From Octopus sinensis (taxonomy: Eukaryota), in the NCBI RefSeq assembly GCF_006345805.1, contig NC_043000.1:61566001-61630000 (forward strand): a DNA stretch of 64,000 nt. Direction: 5' to 3'. The translations under genes and the position numbers were made by a program. Under the pieces are notes generated by a model that did not search any database, was not told where the DNA came from, and saw only the letters and a list, made by a program, of their open reading frames with translations. Shown in pieces: positions 40,247-51,986 of the stretch. The first letter of the stretch is position 1, and each line of letters starts with the position of its first letter.

Positions 40247-40435
40247 TATTTTTGTGTCTGTGTTTGTTTCCCCATCATCGCTTGACACCGATGCTGGTGT
40301 GTTTAGGTTCCCATAACTTAGAAACCAATAAAATAAATACTAGGCTTACAAAAAATGAGACTCAGGGTTCATTTGTTCGAGTATAGACGGTGCTCCAGTG
40401 CAGTCAAATGACTGAAACAAGTAAAAGATAATAGA
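40247..40435 (+). mobile_element. SINE family A 3' half
   Basis: gtgtctgtgtttgt..cttgacaccgatgctggtgtgttt..gtcaaatgactgaaacaagtaaaag matches 4635-4830. Confidence 0.8.
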
Positions 40436-40574
40436 CGACAGATATGTACGCCTGTATAATTATATGTATGTATGAATGTATATATGTATATAATATAAAA
40501 TTATCTATACAGTTAGTATTTACTCTGATGCAATGAGCACGATATGTAAGACTTACATACATATATAGTGATGT

Positions 40575-40946
40575 TTGGAGGCGCAATGGCCCAGTGGTTA
40601 GGGCAGCGGACTCGCGGTTTCGATTCCCAGACCGGGCGTTGTGAGTGTTTATTGAGCGAAAACACCTAAAGCTCCACGAGTTTCCGGCAGGGGATTGTGG
40701 TGATCCCTGCTGTACTCTTTCACCACAACTTTCTCTCACTCTTACTTCCTGTTTCTGTTGTACCTGTATTTCAAAGGGCCGGCCTTGTCACTCTCTGTGT
40801 CACGCTGAATATCCCCGAGAACTACGTTAAGAGTACACGTGTCTGTGGAGTGCTCAGCCATTTACACGTTAATTTCACGAGCAGGCTGTTCCGTTGATTC
40901 GGATCAACCGGAACACTCGTCGTCGTAACCGACGGAGTGCTTCCAC
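40575..40946 (+). mobile_element. tRNA-derived SINE family C with 12-bp TSD
   Basis: A box tggcccagtgg, B box ggtttcgattccc; TSD atatagtgatgt at 40563-40574 and 40947-40958. Confidence 0.88.
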
Positions 40947-41471
40947 ATATAGTGATGTACGAATGCACGCATACATTATATATTCGCCGGTAACAAATTC
41001 ATAATAGGATAAATGTCCTAATATTTACATTGGCAGATCATTGATAGGCTGCCAACAACCAAATCATTGGGATCTCGTTCAAGAGAATGATTGATTGCTT
41101 GCATGTTTTAGACGCGTATTTGATCCATATTGTTATTCCAGTAAACTTGTATCTCACAGAAGCACATTCCTAATGACATACTAATTTCTTTATCCAGCGT
41201 TTTCACCGCTCTACCCAGTGCAGTACCATGGCTTTCTCCACAATCTATCACTATTTGTTATGCATTATCTATTTTCAAAATGCTTTTATTAATTCTTCTC
41301 CCCGACCCGCATAACTCTCCTAAACGTTACATTTCTCAGAATATAAAACATTCCACTTATCGAAGTGTTTGTATCGCTTTTTACAGAAGTACCTCTTTAT
41401 CTGTTTGTATACAGCGCAACTGTGTCATTTGGATAACGTTGCATGCACAATTACTAGTTATAGACGTATGT

Positions 41472-41772
41472 GAGGCGCATGCCTTAATGGTTAGGGTATT
41501 CGTCCCGCGATCGTGTGGTCGCGAGTTCGATTACCGGCGGCGCTTTGTGTCCTTGAGCAAGACACTTTATTTCATCTTGCTCCAGTCCACTCGACTGGCA
41601 AAAATGAGTTGTACCTGTATTTCAAGGGGTCAGATTTGTCAAACCCTAAGTCACGCTGAATCTCCCTGACGAGTATGGGAAGGGGTACGCGTGTCTATGG
41701 AGTGCTCAGCCACTTGCTCGTTAATGTCATGCGCAAATGGAACCTCCGTCGTCGTAGGCGTCGGAGTACCAG
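41472..41772 (+). mobile_element. tRNA-derived SINE family C
   Basis: gccttaatggttagggtattc..gagttcgattacc, ccttgagcaagacacttt core, ggagtgctcagccac..gtcgtaggcgtcggagt. Confidence 0.85.
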
Positions 41773-42764
41773 TAGTTATTGAGGGCACTGCAGATATGTA
41801 CAATGTAACGAATATCTAGTATTAGAGTTATGTAGGAGTCCTGTATCTGATATTTACAGAACGATTGTCGGATGCTATCTTTTATGATAATCTTCGAATT
41901 GTGCAAATAACAACCCATCTAGAGTTACACGATCTTCATTAAACAAAGAACACCGAGCAGCAATAGAGAGACAAAATTTCAGATTACTTCGGATGGGACA
42001 CAAATTGACTAGAAATTCATTTAGAAACAAGACCAGTCATAAAAATACTCCATGTATTTTAATCACCATTAGAAAAAATTCCTAACACCAAAAATTATCC
42101 GAACAATTACCTTATACTAATTTTTGAATGAATGTTATGCTGTAAAAAAAAAATCAGCAATTATAGATTAACGATATAGTTCCAAATATCAGATTGATAC
42201 CCAGAGTTTTCGATGAGACATTTGCGTCATAACAGTAGATCGTTTCCTGGTTCTTCGAATTTATCAAATCTTTAGATACGGTGATCTGGTATTGAGCATA
42301 GTAATGTCTACGTATAAATTAACGATATGCATTCCAGTTACGATAGGTTATAAGATAAATGAATTCCCAATTAAAAACTCTCGACAAAACTGTGTTGTAT
42401 ATCAATACTTTTGCTTGTATCGGCAAAACTCATAAGCGAGAATGCATCTTAATTATTTAGAAAAACTTATGCATATCATGAGCCGCAATTTTCGTTTTTA
42501 AAAATAGTTACCAACATTTGTTTGAATTCATAATTTAAAATGGCAATGAGATATAACGATCACAGATGAGATCAATGGAGTGAATAGACTTATATACATT
42601 TATATCTATCTAGCTTGATAAAATATAAAATAATATATAAAATAAAAGATTATATATATATATGTATCTATTTATATATATATATACACATATATATGCA
42701 TTTATATTTGTGTGTTTGTGTGTGCGTGTGCGTGCATGAGTGTGTGTATATATGCATATGTATG

Positions 42765-42810
<46 letters not shown>

Positions 42811-42819
<9 letters not shown>

Positions 42820-44976
42820 TAAAAGAATTCCAACCTTGTCTGATTTTCACGTTTTATTTACAATCTTATAATGATATATTATAAGATAATATATTATAAT
42901 TGAATAAAATAAAATGAAATAGTAGAATGTTAAATGTTCATTCTGATTGAACTAGTACTTTCATGCATTGAATTCTGCAATCTTCGGGTTCATGTAGTAG
43001 TGTTGACAGTCATGCTTCACAATTTTTGACCGTAGCAAGATGATTGATTCTGTGCTATAAATACAGCTGGGTAGGCTCCAGAGTGCTAGGTTTTGCAAAC
43101 TGTGTGTAGTATCAGTGTGTAGTATCACTCAATTACTTAAGCTGATTGGTTGGTTGAGCTGATTGGTTTAGGCATCACGCTTTGTTGGACATGTCAAGAG
43201 TCCTGTATCTTGACCCTGGCCGAAGCAGCAATTGTTGGGTTATTTTTAGAAATGTTGTAAATATCCTTTGTCAGAGATTTTTATATTTTTATATTTCAAT
43301 TGTCATCATCATCATTGTCAGCACCTTAATTATTGTTGCTAGTGGTGATGGTGGTGGCAATAGAACTTTTAACCCTAAATAAGATATTTTCCTGCTATCT
43401 TCGTCTTGATCACCTTTAGTATTGTTGTTGTTGTTAGTGGTCATGGTCGTAGCAGTGGAAGTAATACCTCTAATTATTTATTATTATTATTATTGCTTAT
43501 TTAGCTTGGGTTCGAATTTATCAATAAAATTCTTTTCTCTGATTTTCCTCTCGATTTCACTTGGGCTGTGTAATTTGTAGAATGGAAATATTATATATAT
43601 TTTCCGACCACATGTTGCTAGGTGGTTACTCAAAGGTATCTGACGGACCTCTGGGTCTCTAATCTGTTGCCGGTGTACACGTGAGCGTTCTAATAGTGCG
43701 TTTCCCGTCTGACCTACATATATTTCTTCACAATTTGGGCATTGATGCAGTAAATTAAATTTCTGCTTTTGCAGTTCATATTCGCGTTTGTGAATATTTT
43801 CCCGTTTTTGTGTTTATATATTGACCGGTATGTATGAATGGCATGTGCCACATCGGCTATCATTGCATTTAGATACCGTGAATGTTTGGTCTTTGTTGCT
43901 GAGGTCAAATTTTGCCTTTGTTAGTAATGTTTTCAAGTTTTTAGGCTGTCTTTTACTAAGCACCATAGCTCGATCCGTGATTATGTCTTTTATTCATTAC
44001 TTTGGGCAATGATTGGTAGGTTTGCTTTGGCAATGTTGAAGATATTCTGGTGACATGGGTTGTGTGTCACTATGAATGGTATGACTTGTTCTTGTTTCCT
44101 CTTCCTTGGGTTGTCCTAAGTTGTTGTATAGGTATTTTTATAGCCCGCTGTATGCCTTTTCTATAAGTAGAGATGGGTATTTTGTTTGAGCAAAAATTCT
44201 CTTAGTTCTATTAGGCGTTTGTTCCTGATATTTGCATCTTCTACAATAGTACAAATTCTTCTGGCTAGGCAGTATGGGATGTTACGTTTTGTATGTGGTG
44301 GATGGCACGACTTAAAATTTAGGTATTGATGTGTGTCTGTGTGTTTATAGTATATATCTGTGGTGATGGTGGTGTCTTTTTTAATTACCATTATATCCAG
44401 GAATGGTAATTTGGTACTACTCATCTCCTTGTAAATTGGAGAGATGGGTGTAGGTTGTTCAGGAGGATATTGAACTCTTCCAGAGTATTTAGAGATTCTG
44501 TCCAGATTATGAAACAGTCGTCTAGGTATCTCTTCCATGCCTTTTCAATATACTTTCTAAACCCAGTGCCATAGTTTACCTCCACCTCTTGGTAGAGTTG
44601 TTCTTCTAAGTATCCCATTACAGAGTTGGCGTAAACGGGAGCAAACCTCGTTCCCATCGCCGTGCCTCTAATTTGGATGTAATTCTTTCCATTGAAGAAG
44701 AATGTGTTATTTTCTAGAATAAGCTGGACTGTGTCTAATATAAATGGCACTGTGAATCTGCTGGGAATCACTTCTCTATGTTTTTCTAACCAGTATATAA
44801 TAATCGCCTTTATTCCTAAATCGTGTGGAATATTGGTGTAGAGGCTTACCACATCAAAACTTAGTAAAACTGAATTTGTTTCTGTTGTTTTTGGAAGATG
44901 GGACAGGAAGTCGATGTCATCCCTGATGAAACTTGGTATGTAAGTACATAGTGGTTTCAAAACAATGTCAATAAAA
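42811..44976 (-). mobile_element. PLE copy A: inverted, 5'-truncated (RT core to pseudo-LTR)
   Basis: Near-identical reverse complement of ~49945-52124; SFDVVSLYTNIPHDLG, QIRGTAMGTRFAP, KRYLDD on the minus strand. Confidence 0.97.
42948..42993 (-). ncRNA. Minimal hammerhead-like ribozyme (copy A pseudo-LTR)
   Basis: Reverse complement of the same motif, with one extra A in stem I. Confidence 0.55.
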
Positions 44977-45710
44977 CAATGACAATGATGAAATCCAACT
45001 TCTGTCAAAAGGACTGAAATTCACACCTACACCAACAGCCAACCACCAAGAATTAAAGGAGGATATCCAAAAATTCTGTCGAAAATTACGACTTGTAGAA
45101 TTCTTCGCTAACAAAAGTAATGAGATTGATGAATCCCTAGTAAGGAATAAATCAAATTTCACCCCACCAAAAGGAAGAAATAACTACCTTGACCAATACA
45201 TTGATATCCTGTCTAAATTTCCCCTTAGACGCAATACCAATGTTAGGCCAAACATTAGCAAATCAGAGATGTCTGCATGTAAACGTATACAAAACGATCA
45301 AACATAATAATTAAACAAGCAGATAAAGGTGGTGCAATTGTTATTATGGATACCGAATACTATAAGGATTTGGTTGAAGACCAACTGAAGGATACACCTT
45401 CTATTGTGAAATACCCGCAAATATAGACCACCACATCATGAAAAAGATCAACAACCTGATTTCAACACACCACAACTCACTTACGGATAATGAAAAAGAC
45501 TACATCACCAATTTTGAACCAAAACCCAGCAACTTCTACGGCTTACCAAAAATACAAATCAAAAAACATTCAACAGGCAGTAAAAGAACAAGAAAGTGAG
45601 TACATAAAATTATTACATCCAAAAGACCTAAAACTTAGACCTATTATAGCTGGTCCAGCATGCCCTACACACCGTCTAAGCAATTTTATTGACATTGTTT
45701 TGAAACCACT

Positions 45711-47144
45711 ATGTACTACATACCAAGTTTCATCAGGGATGACATCGACTTCCTGTCCCATCTTCCCAAAACAACAGAAACAAATTCAGTTTTACTAAGT
45801 TTTGATGTGGTAAGCCTCTACACCAATATTCCACACGATTTAGGAATAAAGGCGATTAAATACTGGTTAGAAAAACATAGAGAAGTGATTCCCAGCAGAT
45901 TCACAGTGCCATTTATATTAGACACAGTCAAGCTTATTCTAGAAAATAACACATTCTTCTTCAATGGAAAGAATTACATCCAAATTAGAGGCACGGCGAT
46001 GGGAACGAGGTTTGCTCCCGTTTACGCCAACTCTGTAATGGGATACTTAGAAGAACAACTCTACCAAGAGGTGGAGGTAAACTATGGCACTGGGTTTAGA
46101 AAGTATATTGAAAAGGCATGGAAGAGATACCTAGACGACTGTTTCATAATCTGGACAGAATCTCTAAATACTCTGGAAGAGTTCAATATCCTCCTGAACA
46201 ACCTACACCCATCTCTCCAATTTACAAAGGAGATGAGTAGTACCAAATTACCATTCCTGGATATAATGGTAATTAAAAAAGACACCACCATCACCACAGA
46301 TATATACTATAAACACACAGACACACATCAATACCTAAATTTTAAGTCGTGCCATCCACCACATACAAAACGTAACATCCCATACTGCCTAGCCAGAAGA
46401 ATTTGTACTATTGTAGAAGATGCAAATATCAGGAACAAACGCCTAATAGAACTAAGAGAATTTTTGCTCAAACAAAAATACCCATCTCTACTTATAGAAA
46501 ATGGCATACAGCGGGCTATAAAAATACCTATACAACAACTTAGGACAACCCAAGGAAGAGGAAAACAAGAACAAGTCATACCATTCATAGTGACACACAA
46601 CCCATGTCACCAGAATATCTTCAACATTGCCAAAGCAAACCTACCAATCATTGCCCAAAGTAATGAATTAAAAGACATAATCACGGATCGAGCTATGGTG
46701 CTTAGTAAAAGACAGCCTAAAAACTTGAAAACATTACTAACAAAGGCAAAATTTGACCTCAGCAACAAAGACCAAACATTCACGGTATCTAAATGCAATG
46801 ATAGCCGATGTGGCACATGCCAATTCATACATACCGGTCAATATATAAACACAAAAACCGGGAAAATATTCACAAACGCGAATATGAACTGCAAAAGCAG
46901 AAATTTAATTTACTGCATCAAATGCCCAAATTGTGAAGAAATATATGTAGGTCAGACGGGAAACGCACTATTAGAACGCTCACGTGTACACCGGCAACAG
47001 ATTAGAGACCCAGAGGTCCGTCAGATACCTTTGAGTAACCACCTAGCAACATGTGGTCGGAAAATATATATAATATTTCCATTCTACAAATTACACAGCC
47101 CAAGTGAAATCGAGAGAGAAAATCAGAGAAAAGAATTTTATTGA
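45711..47144 (+). CDS. PLE reverse transcriptase + GIY-YIG endonuclease (copy B fragment)
   Basis: RT motifs FDVVSLYTNIP, GTAMGT, RYLDD, LPFLD, YKHTDTHQYL; linker CNDSRCGTC; LIYCIKCPNCEEIYVGQT..RVH..NHL. Confidence 0.93.
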   Translation: MYYIPSFIRDDIDFLSHLPKTTETNSVLLSFDVVSLYTNIPHDLGIKAIKYWLEKHREVIPSRFTVPFILDTVKLILENNTFFFNGKNYIQIRGTAMGTRFAPVYANSVMGYLEEQLYQEVEVNYGTGFRKYIEKAWKRYLDDCFIIWTESLNTLEEFNILLNNLHPSLQFTKEMSSTKLPFLDIMVIKKDTTITTDIYYKHTDTHQYLNFKSCHPPHTKRNIPYCLARRICTIVEDANIRNKRLIELREFLLKQKYPSLLIENGIQRAIKIPIQQLRTTQGRGKQEQVIPFIVTHNPCHQNIFNIAKANLPIIAQSNELKDIITDRAMVLSKRQPKNLKTLLTKAKFDLSNKDQTFTVSKCNDSRCGTCQFIHTGQYINTKTGKIFTNANMNCKSRNLIYCIKCPNCEEIYVGQTGNALLERSRVHRQQIRDPEVRQIPLSNHLATCGRKIYIIFPFYKLHSPSEIERENQRKEFY

Positions 47145-47495
47145 TAAATTCGAACCCAAGCTAAATAAGCAATAATAATAATAATAATACTTAGAGGTAT
47201 TACTTCCACTGCTACGACCATGACCACTAACAACAACAACAATACTAAAGGTGATCAAGACGAAGATAGCAGGAAAATTATCTTATTTAGGGTTAAAAGT
47301 TCTATTGCCACCACCATCACCACTAGCAACAATAATTAAGGTGCTGACAATGATGATGATGACAATTGAATATAAAAATATAAAAATCTCTGACAAAGGA
47401 TATTTACAACATTTCTAAAAATAACCCAACAATTGCTGCTTCGGCCAGGGTCAAGATACAGGACTCTTGACATGTCCAACAAAGCGTGATGCCTA

Positions 47496-47640
47496 AACCA
47501 ATCAGCTCAACCAACCAATCAGCTTAAGTAATTGAGTGATACTACACACTGATTGGTCAGAATACAGTTTGCAAAACCTAGCACTCTGGAGCCTACCCAG
47601 CTGTATTTATAGCACAGAATCAATCATCTTGCTACAGTCA
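47496..47640 (+). promoter_or_regulatory. Putative Pol II promoter in the pseudo-LTR: three NF-Y boxes, TATA-like box, Inr-like site
   Basis: aaccaatcag at 47496 and 47513, ctgattggtc at 47549, tatttata at 47604, cagtc at 47635; repeated in copy C. Confidence 0.6.
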
Positions 47641-47674
47641 AAAATTGTGAAGCATGACTGTCAACACTACTACA

Positions 47675-47719
47675 TGAACCCGAAGATTGCAGAATTCAAT
47701 GCATGAAAGTACTAGTTCA
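47675..47719 (+). ncRNA. Minimal type I hammerhead-like ribozyme in the pseudo-LTR (copy B)
   Basis: Stem I UGAAC/GUUCA, core CCGAAGA (U4C), stem II UGCA/UGCA, GAAA, stem III A-GUAC-U, cleavage after CUA (47714). Confidence 0.65.
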
Positions 47720-47921
47720 ATCAGAATGAATATTTAACATTCTACTATTTCATTTTATTTTATTCAATTATAATATATTATCTTATAATATATCATTATA
47801 AGATTGTAAATAAAACGTGAAAATCAGACAAGGTTGGAATTCTTTTTATTAATATATTCTTCTATACACAATCACACACCCATATATATATATTCTATAT
47901 TCCTATTGTGTATATGCCAAC

Positions 47922-50900
47922 ATGTCTGGAAAGCAACAAACAAAATTAACAGAATCAGAAAGAATTCTAATGGAAATTTCATCGAAATTATCAACACTCA
48001 TCACGATGATTGACACACAATCCTCTATTTTAAAGGAAATAGAAAAACAGTCTACAGACGGAAAACTTGGAAATGAACACATAAACTCTGAAATTAAGAA
48101 TTTAGCTGAAATGATACCAACATTATAAAATCTACAAGAGAAAGCCTACCACAACCTCCTTGGATGTCAGAAATAAACGAAAGAAATCTGGAAAAAGAGG
48201 CACACCGAAAAAGAGAAGAGATACAGAAGACATGGAAAAAACTCCTTAACATAAGAAAACAAAACTTCTGGAAGGCATATAAATGCGAAAAATATGCTGA
48301 AATACATTCGAAATGGATATCTTTAGCGGCACCCATACTTCCTCGGAAGTACCTAATTAAAGAAATTGCAGGAGAACCAGAGGAAGAAACTAAACTTCGA
48401 TGGGACCTTAGTTTGATAAAATTCAGGACCGACATCTCCATTACCCTGTCTAAACAATCCCGCTACAAAGCCAAATACGAAGCTATCGATGATCAAATCA
48501 GAGATGAAATATCCAAACTAACGACCGGCAATATAGCAGAAAAAATGCGAGAACTATGGATCAGAGATATCTCAAAAGAAGAAAGCAGATCAAGAAAGTT
48601 TTGGCAGCGGAAACAATTATTTCTCGACAAATATGCTACAAACTACGGTAAAGACAACAGAGCTCCGAGAAATAGCATTAAAAGTGGACAACCTCACCAA
48701 CGCAACATACACCAGAACACGTGGCAACATGAACACCTGTTTCACCACGAATCGAAGACGAACTACGGTAAGAACTCTTCCCATTTTGTATGCAAACCCC
48801 AATGCACACAACAGGAACAAAAAGCACAAACAAAATAGATATTGTTTTGAACAGACCATTAGCAGTAGAAATAACAGATCATTTTCAAGACCTCAACAGA
48901 GATTACCCACAAGAAACTGGACAAAAAACCGATCTAGATCTAGAAGTAAACCCAGATCATTTCTCCAGGTGGTTAAAAACAATGCTAACAAGAAATTGAA
49001 AAGTAGCATACATAATACCAAAAACAAGACAGAAAACATAACGAAACAAGTAAAGTACCACAACCAAAACGCAAAATTCATCAAGCAAACATCAACAGGA
49101 ATATAAATCATAACCAGAAAAAAATCCATTTTTTACGTCAGGACAACAAACACCGGAGAAAGAAAAAATCCAAGAGGAAACATACCCCAAACAACTGAAC
49201 GTATAGATCCTAAAATAATTAATTTATCAAAAAGAGATTTTGACAATGATGAAATCCAACTTCTGTCAAAAGGACTGAAATTCACACCTACACCAACAGC
49301 CAACCACCAAGAATTAAAGGAGGATATCCAAAAATTCTGTCGAAAATTACGACTTGTAGAATTCTTCGCTAACAAAAGTAATGAGATTGATGAATCCCTA
49401 GTAAGGAATAAATCAAATTTCACCCCACCAAAAGGAAGAAATAACTACCTTGACCAATACATTGATATCCTGTCTAAATTTCCCCTTAGACGCAATACCA
49501 ATGTTAGGCCAAACATTAGCAAATCAGAGATGTCTGCATGTAAACGTATACAAAACGATCAAACAATAATAATTAAACAAGCAGATAAAGGTGGTGCAAT
49601 TGTTATTATGGATACCGAATACTATAAGGATTTGTTGAAGACCAACTGAAGGATACAACCTTCTATTGTGAAATACCCGCAAATATAGACCACCACATCA
49701 TGAAAAAGATCAACAACCTGATTTCAACACACCACAACTCACTTACGGATAATGAAAAAGACTACATCACCAATTTTGAACCAAAACCCAGCAACTTCTA
49801 CGGCTTACCAAAAATACACAAATCAAAAAACATTCAACAGGCAGTAAAAGAACAAGAAAGTGAGTACATAAAATTATTACATCCAAAAGACCTAAAACTT
49901 AGACCTATTATAGCTGTGTCCAGCATGCCCTACACACCGTCTAAGCAATTTTATTGACATTGTTTTGAAACCACTATGTACTTACATACCAAGTTTCATC
50001 AGGGATGACATCGACTTCCTGTCCCATCTTCCCAAAACACACAGAAACAAATTCAGTTTTACTAAGTTTTGATGTGGTAAGCCTCTACACCAATATTCCA
50101 CACGATTTAGGAATAAAGGCGATTAAATACTGGTTAGAAAAACATAGAGAAGTGATTCCCAGCAGATTCACAGTGCCATTTATATTAGACACAGTCAAGC
50201 TTATTCTAGAAAATAACACATTCTTCTTCAATGGAAAGAATTACATCCAAATTAGAGGCACGGCGATGGGAACGAGGTTTGCTCCCGTTTACGCCAACTC
50301 TGTAATGGGATACTTAGAAGAACAACTCTACCAAGAGGTGGAGGTAAACTATGGCACTGGGTTTAGAAAGTATATTGAAAAGGCATGGAAGAGATACCTA
50401 GACGACTGTTTCATAATCTGGACAGAATCTCTAAATACTCTGGAAGAGTTCAATATCCTCCTGAACAACCTACACCCATCTCTCCAATTTACAAAGGAGA
50501 TGAGTAGTACCAAATTACCATTCCTGGATATAATGGTAATTAAAAAAGACACCACCATCACCACAGATATATACTATAAACACACAGACACACATCAATA
50601 CCTAAATTTTAAGTCGTGCCATCCACCACATACAAAACGTAACATCCCATACTGCCTAGCCAGAAGAATTTGTACTATTGTAGAAGATGCAAATATCAGG
50701 AACAAACGCCTAATAGAACTAAGAGAATTTTTGCTCAAACAAAAATACCCATCTCTACTTATAGAAAATGGCATACAGCGGGCTATAAAAATACCTATAC
50801 AACAACTTAGGACAACCCAAGGAAGAGGAAAACAAGAACAAGTCATACCATTCATAGTGACACACAACCCATGTCACCAGAATATCTTCAACATTGCCAA

Positions 50901-51441
50901 AGCAAACCTACCAATCATTGCCCAAAGTAATGAATTAAAAGACATAATCACGGATCGAGCTATGGTGCTTAGTAAAAGACAGCCTAAAAACTTGAAAACA
51001 TTACTAACAAAGGCAAAATTTGACCTCAGCAACAAAGACCAAACATTCACGGTATCTAAATGCAATGATAGCCGATGTGGCACATGCCAATTCATACATA
51101 CCGGTCAATATATAAACACAAAAACCGGGAAAATATTCACAAACGCGAATATGAACTGCAAAAGCAGAAATTTAATTTACTGCATCAAATGCCCAAATTG
51201 TGAAGAAATATATGTAGGTCAGACGGGAAACGCACTATTAGAACGCTCACGTGTACACCGGCAACAGATTAGAGACCCAGAGGTCCGTCAGATACCTTTG
51301 AGTAACCACCTAGCAACATGTGGTCGGAAAATATATATAATATTTCCATTCTACAAATTACACAGCCCAAGTGAAATCGAGAGGAAAATCAGAGAAAAGA
51401 ATTTTATTGATAAATTCGAACCCAAGCTAAATAAGCAATAA
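47922..51441 (+). CDS. PLE polyprotein (N-terminal region, RT, GIY-YIG), frameshifted as assembled
   Basis: PKIINLSK..LLSKGLKFTPTP, IIKQADKGGAIVIMD, FYGLPKIHK, LRPIIA, RT core, C-x4-C-x2-C linker, GIY-YIG with CCHH. Confidence 0.88.
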
Positions 51442-51941
51442 TAATAATAATAATACTTAGAGGTATTACTTCCACTGCTACGACCATGACCACTAACAAC
51501 AACAACAATACTAAAGGTGATCAAGACGAAGATAGCAGGAAAATTATCTTATTTAGGGTTTAAAGTTCTATTGCCACCACCATCACCACTAGCAACAATA
51601 ATTAAGGTGCTGACAATGATGATGATGACAATTGAAATATAAAAATATAAAAATCTCTGACAAAGGATATTTACAACATTTCTAAAAATAACCCAACAAT
51701 TGCTGCTTCGGCCAGGGTCAAGATACAGGACTCTTGACATGTCCAACAAAGCGTGATGCCTAAACCAATCAGCTCAACCAACCAATCAGCTTAAGTAATT
51801 GAGTGATACTACACACTGATTGGTCAGAATACAGTTTGCAAAACCTAGCACTCTGGAGCCTACCCAGCTGTATTTATAGCACAGAATCAATCATCTTGCT
51901 ACAGTCAAAAATTGTGAAGCATGACTGTCAACACTACTACA

Positions 51942-51986
51942 TGAACCCGAAGATTGCAGAATTCAATGCATGAAAGTACTAGTTCA
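51942..51986 (+). ncRNA. Minimal hammerhead-like ribozyme (copy C pseudo-LTR)
   Basis: Identical to 47675-47719, 4267 nt downstream. Confidence 0.65.

Larger units (their letters stand above)
44980..47890 (+). mobile_element. PLE copy B: direct, 5'-truncated, tandem with copy C
   Basis: Near-identical to ~49238-52158; its 3' pseudo-LTR leads directly into the ORF of copy C. Confidence 0.97.
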
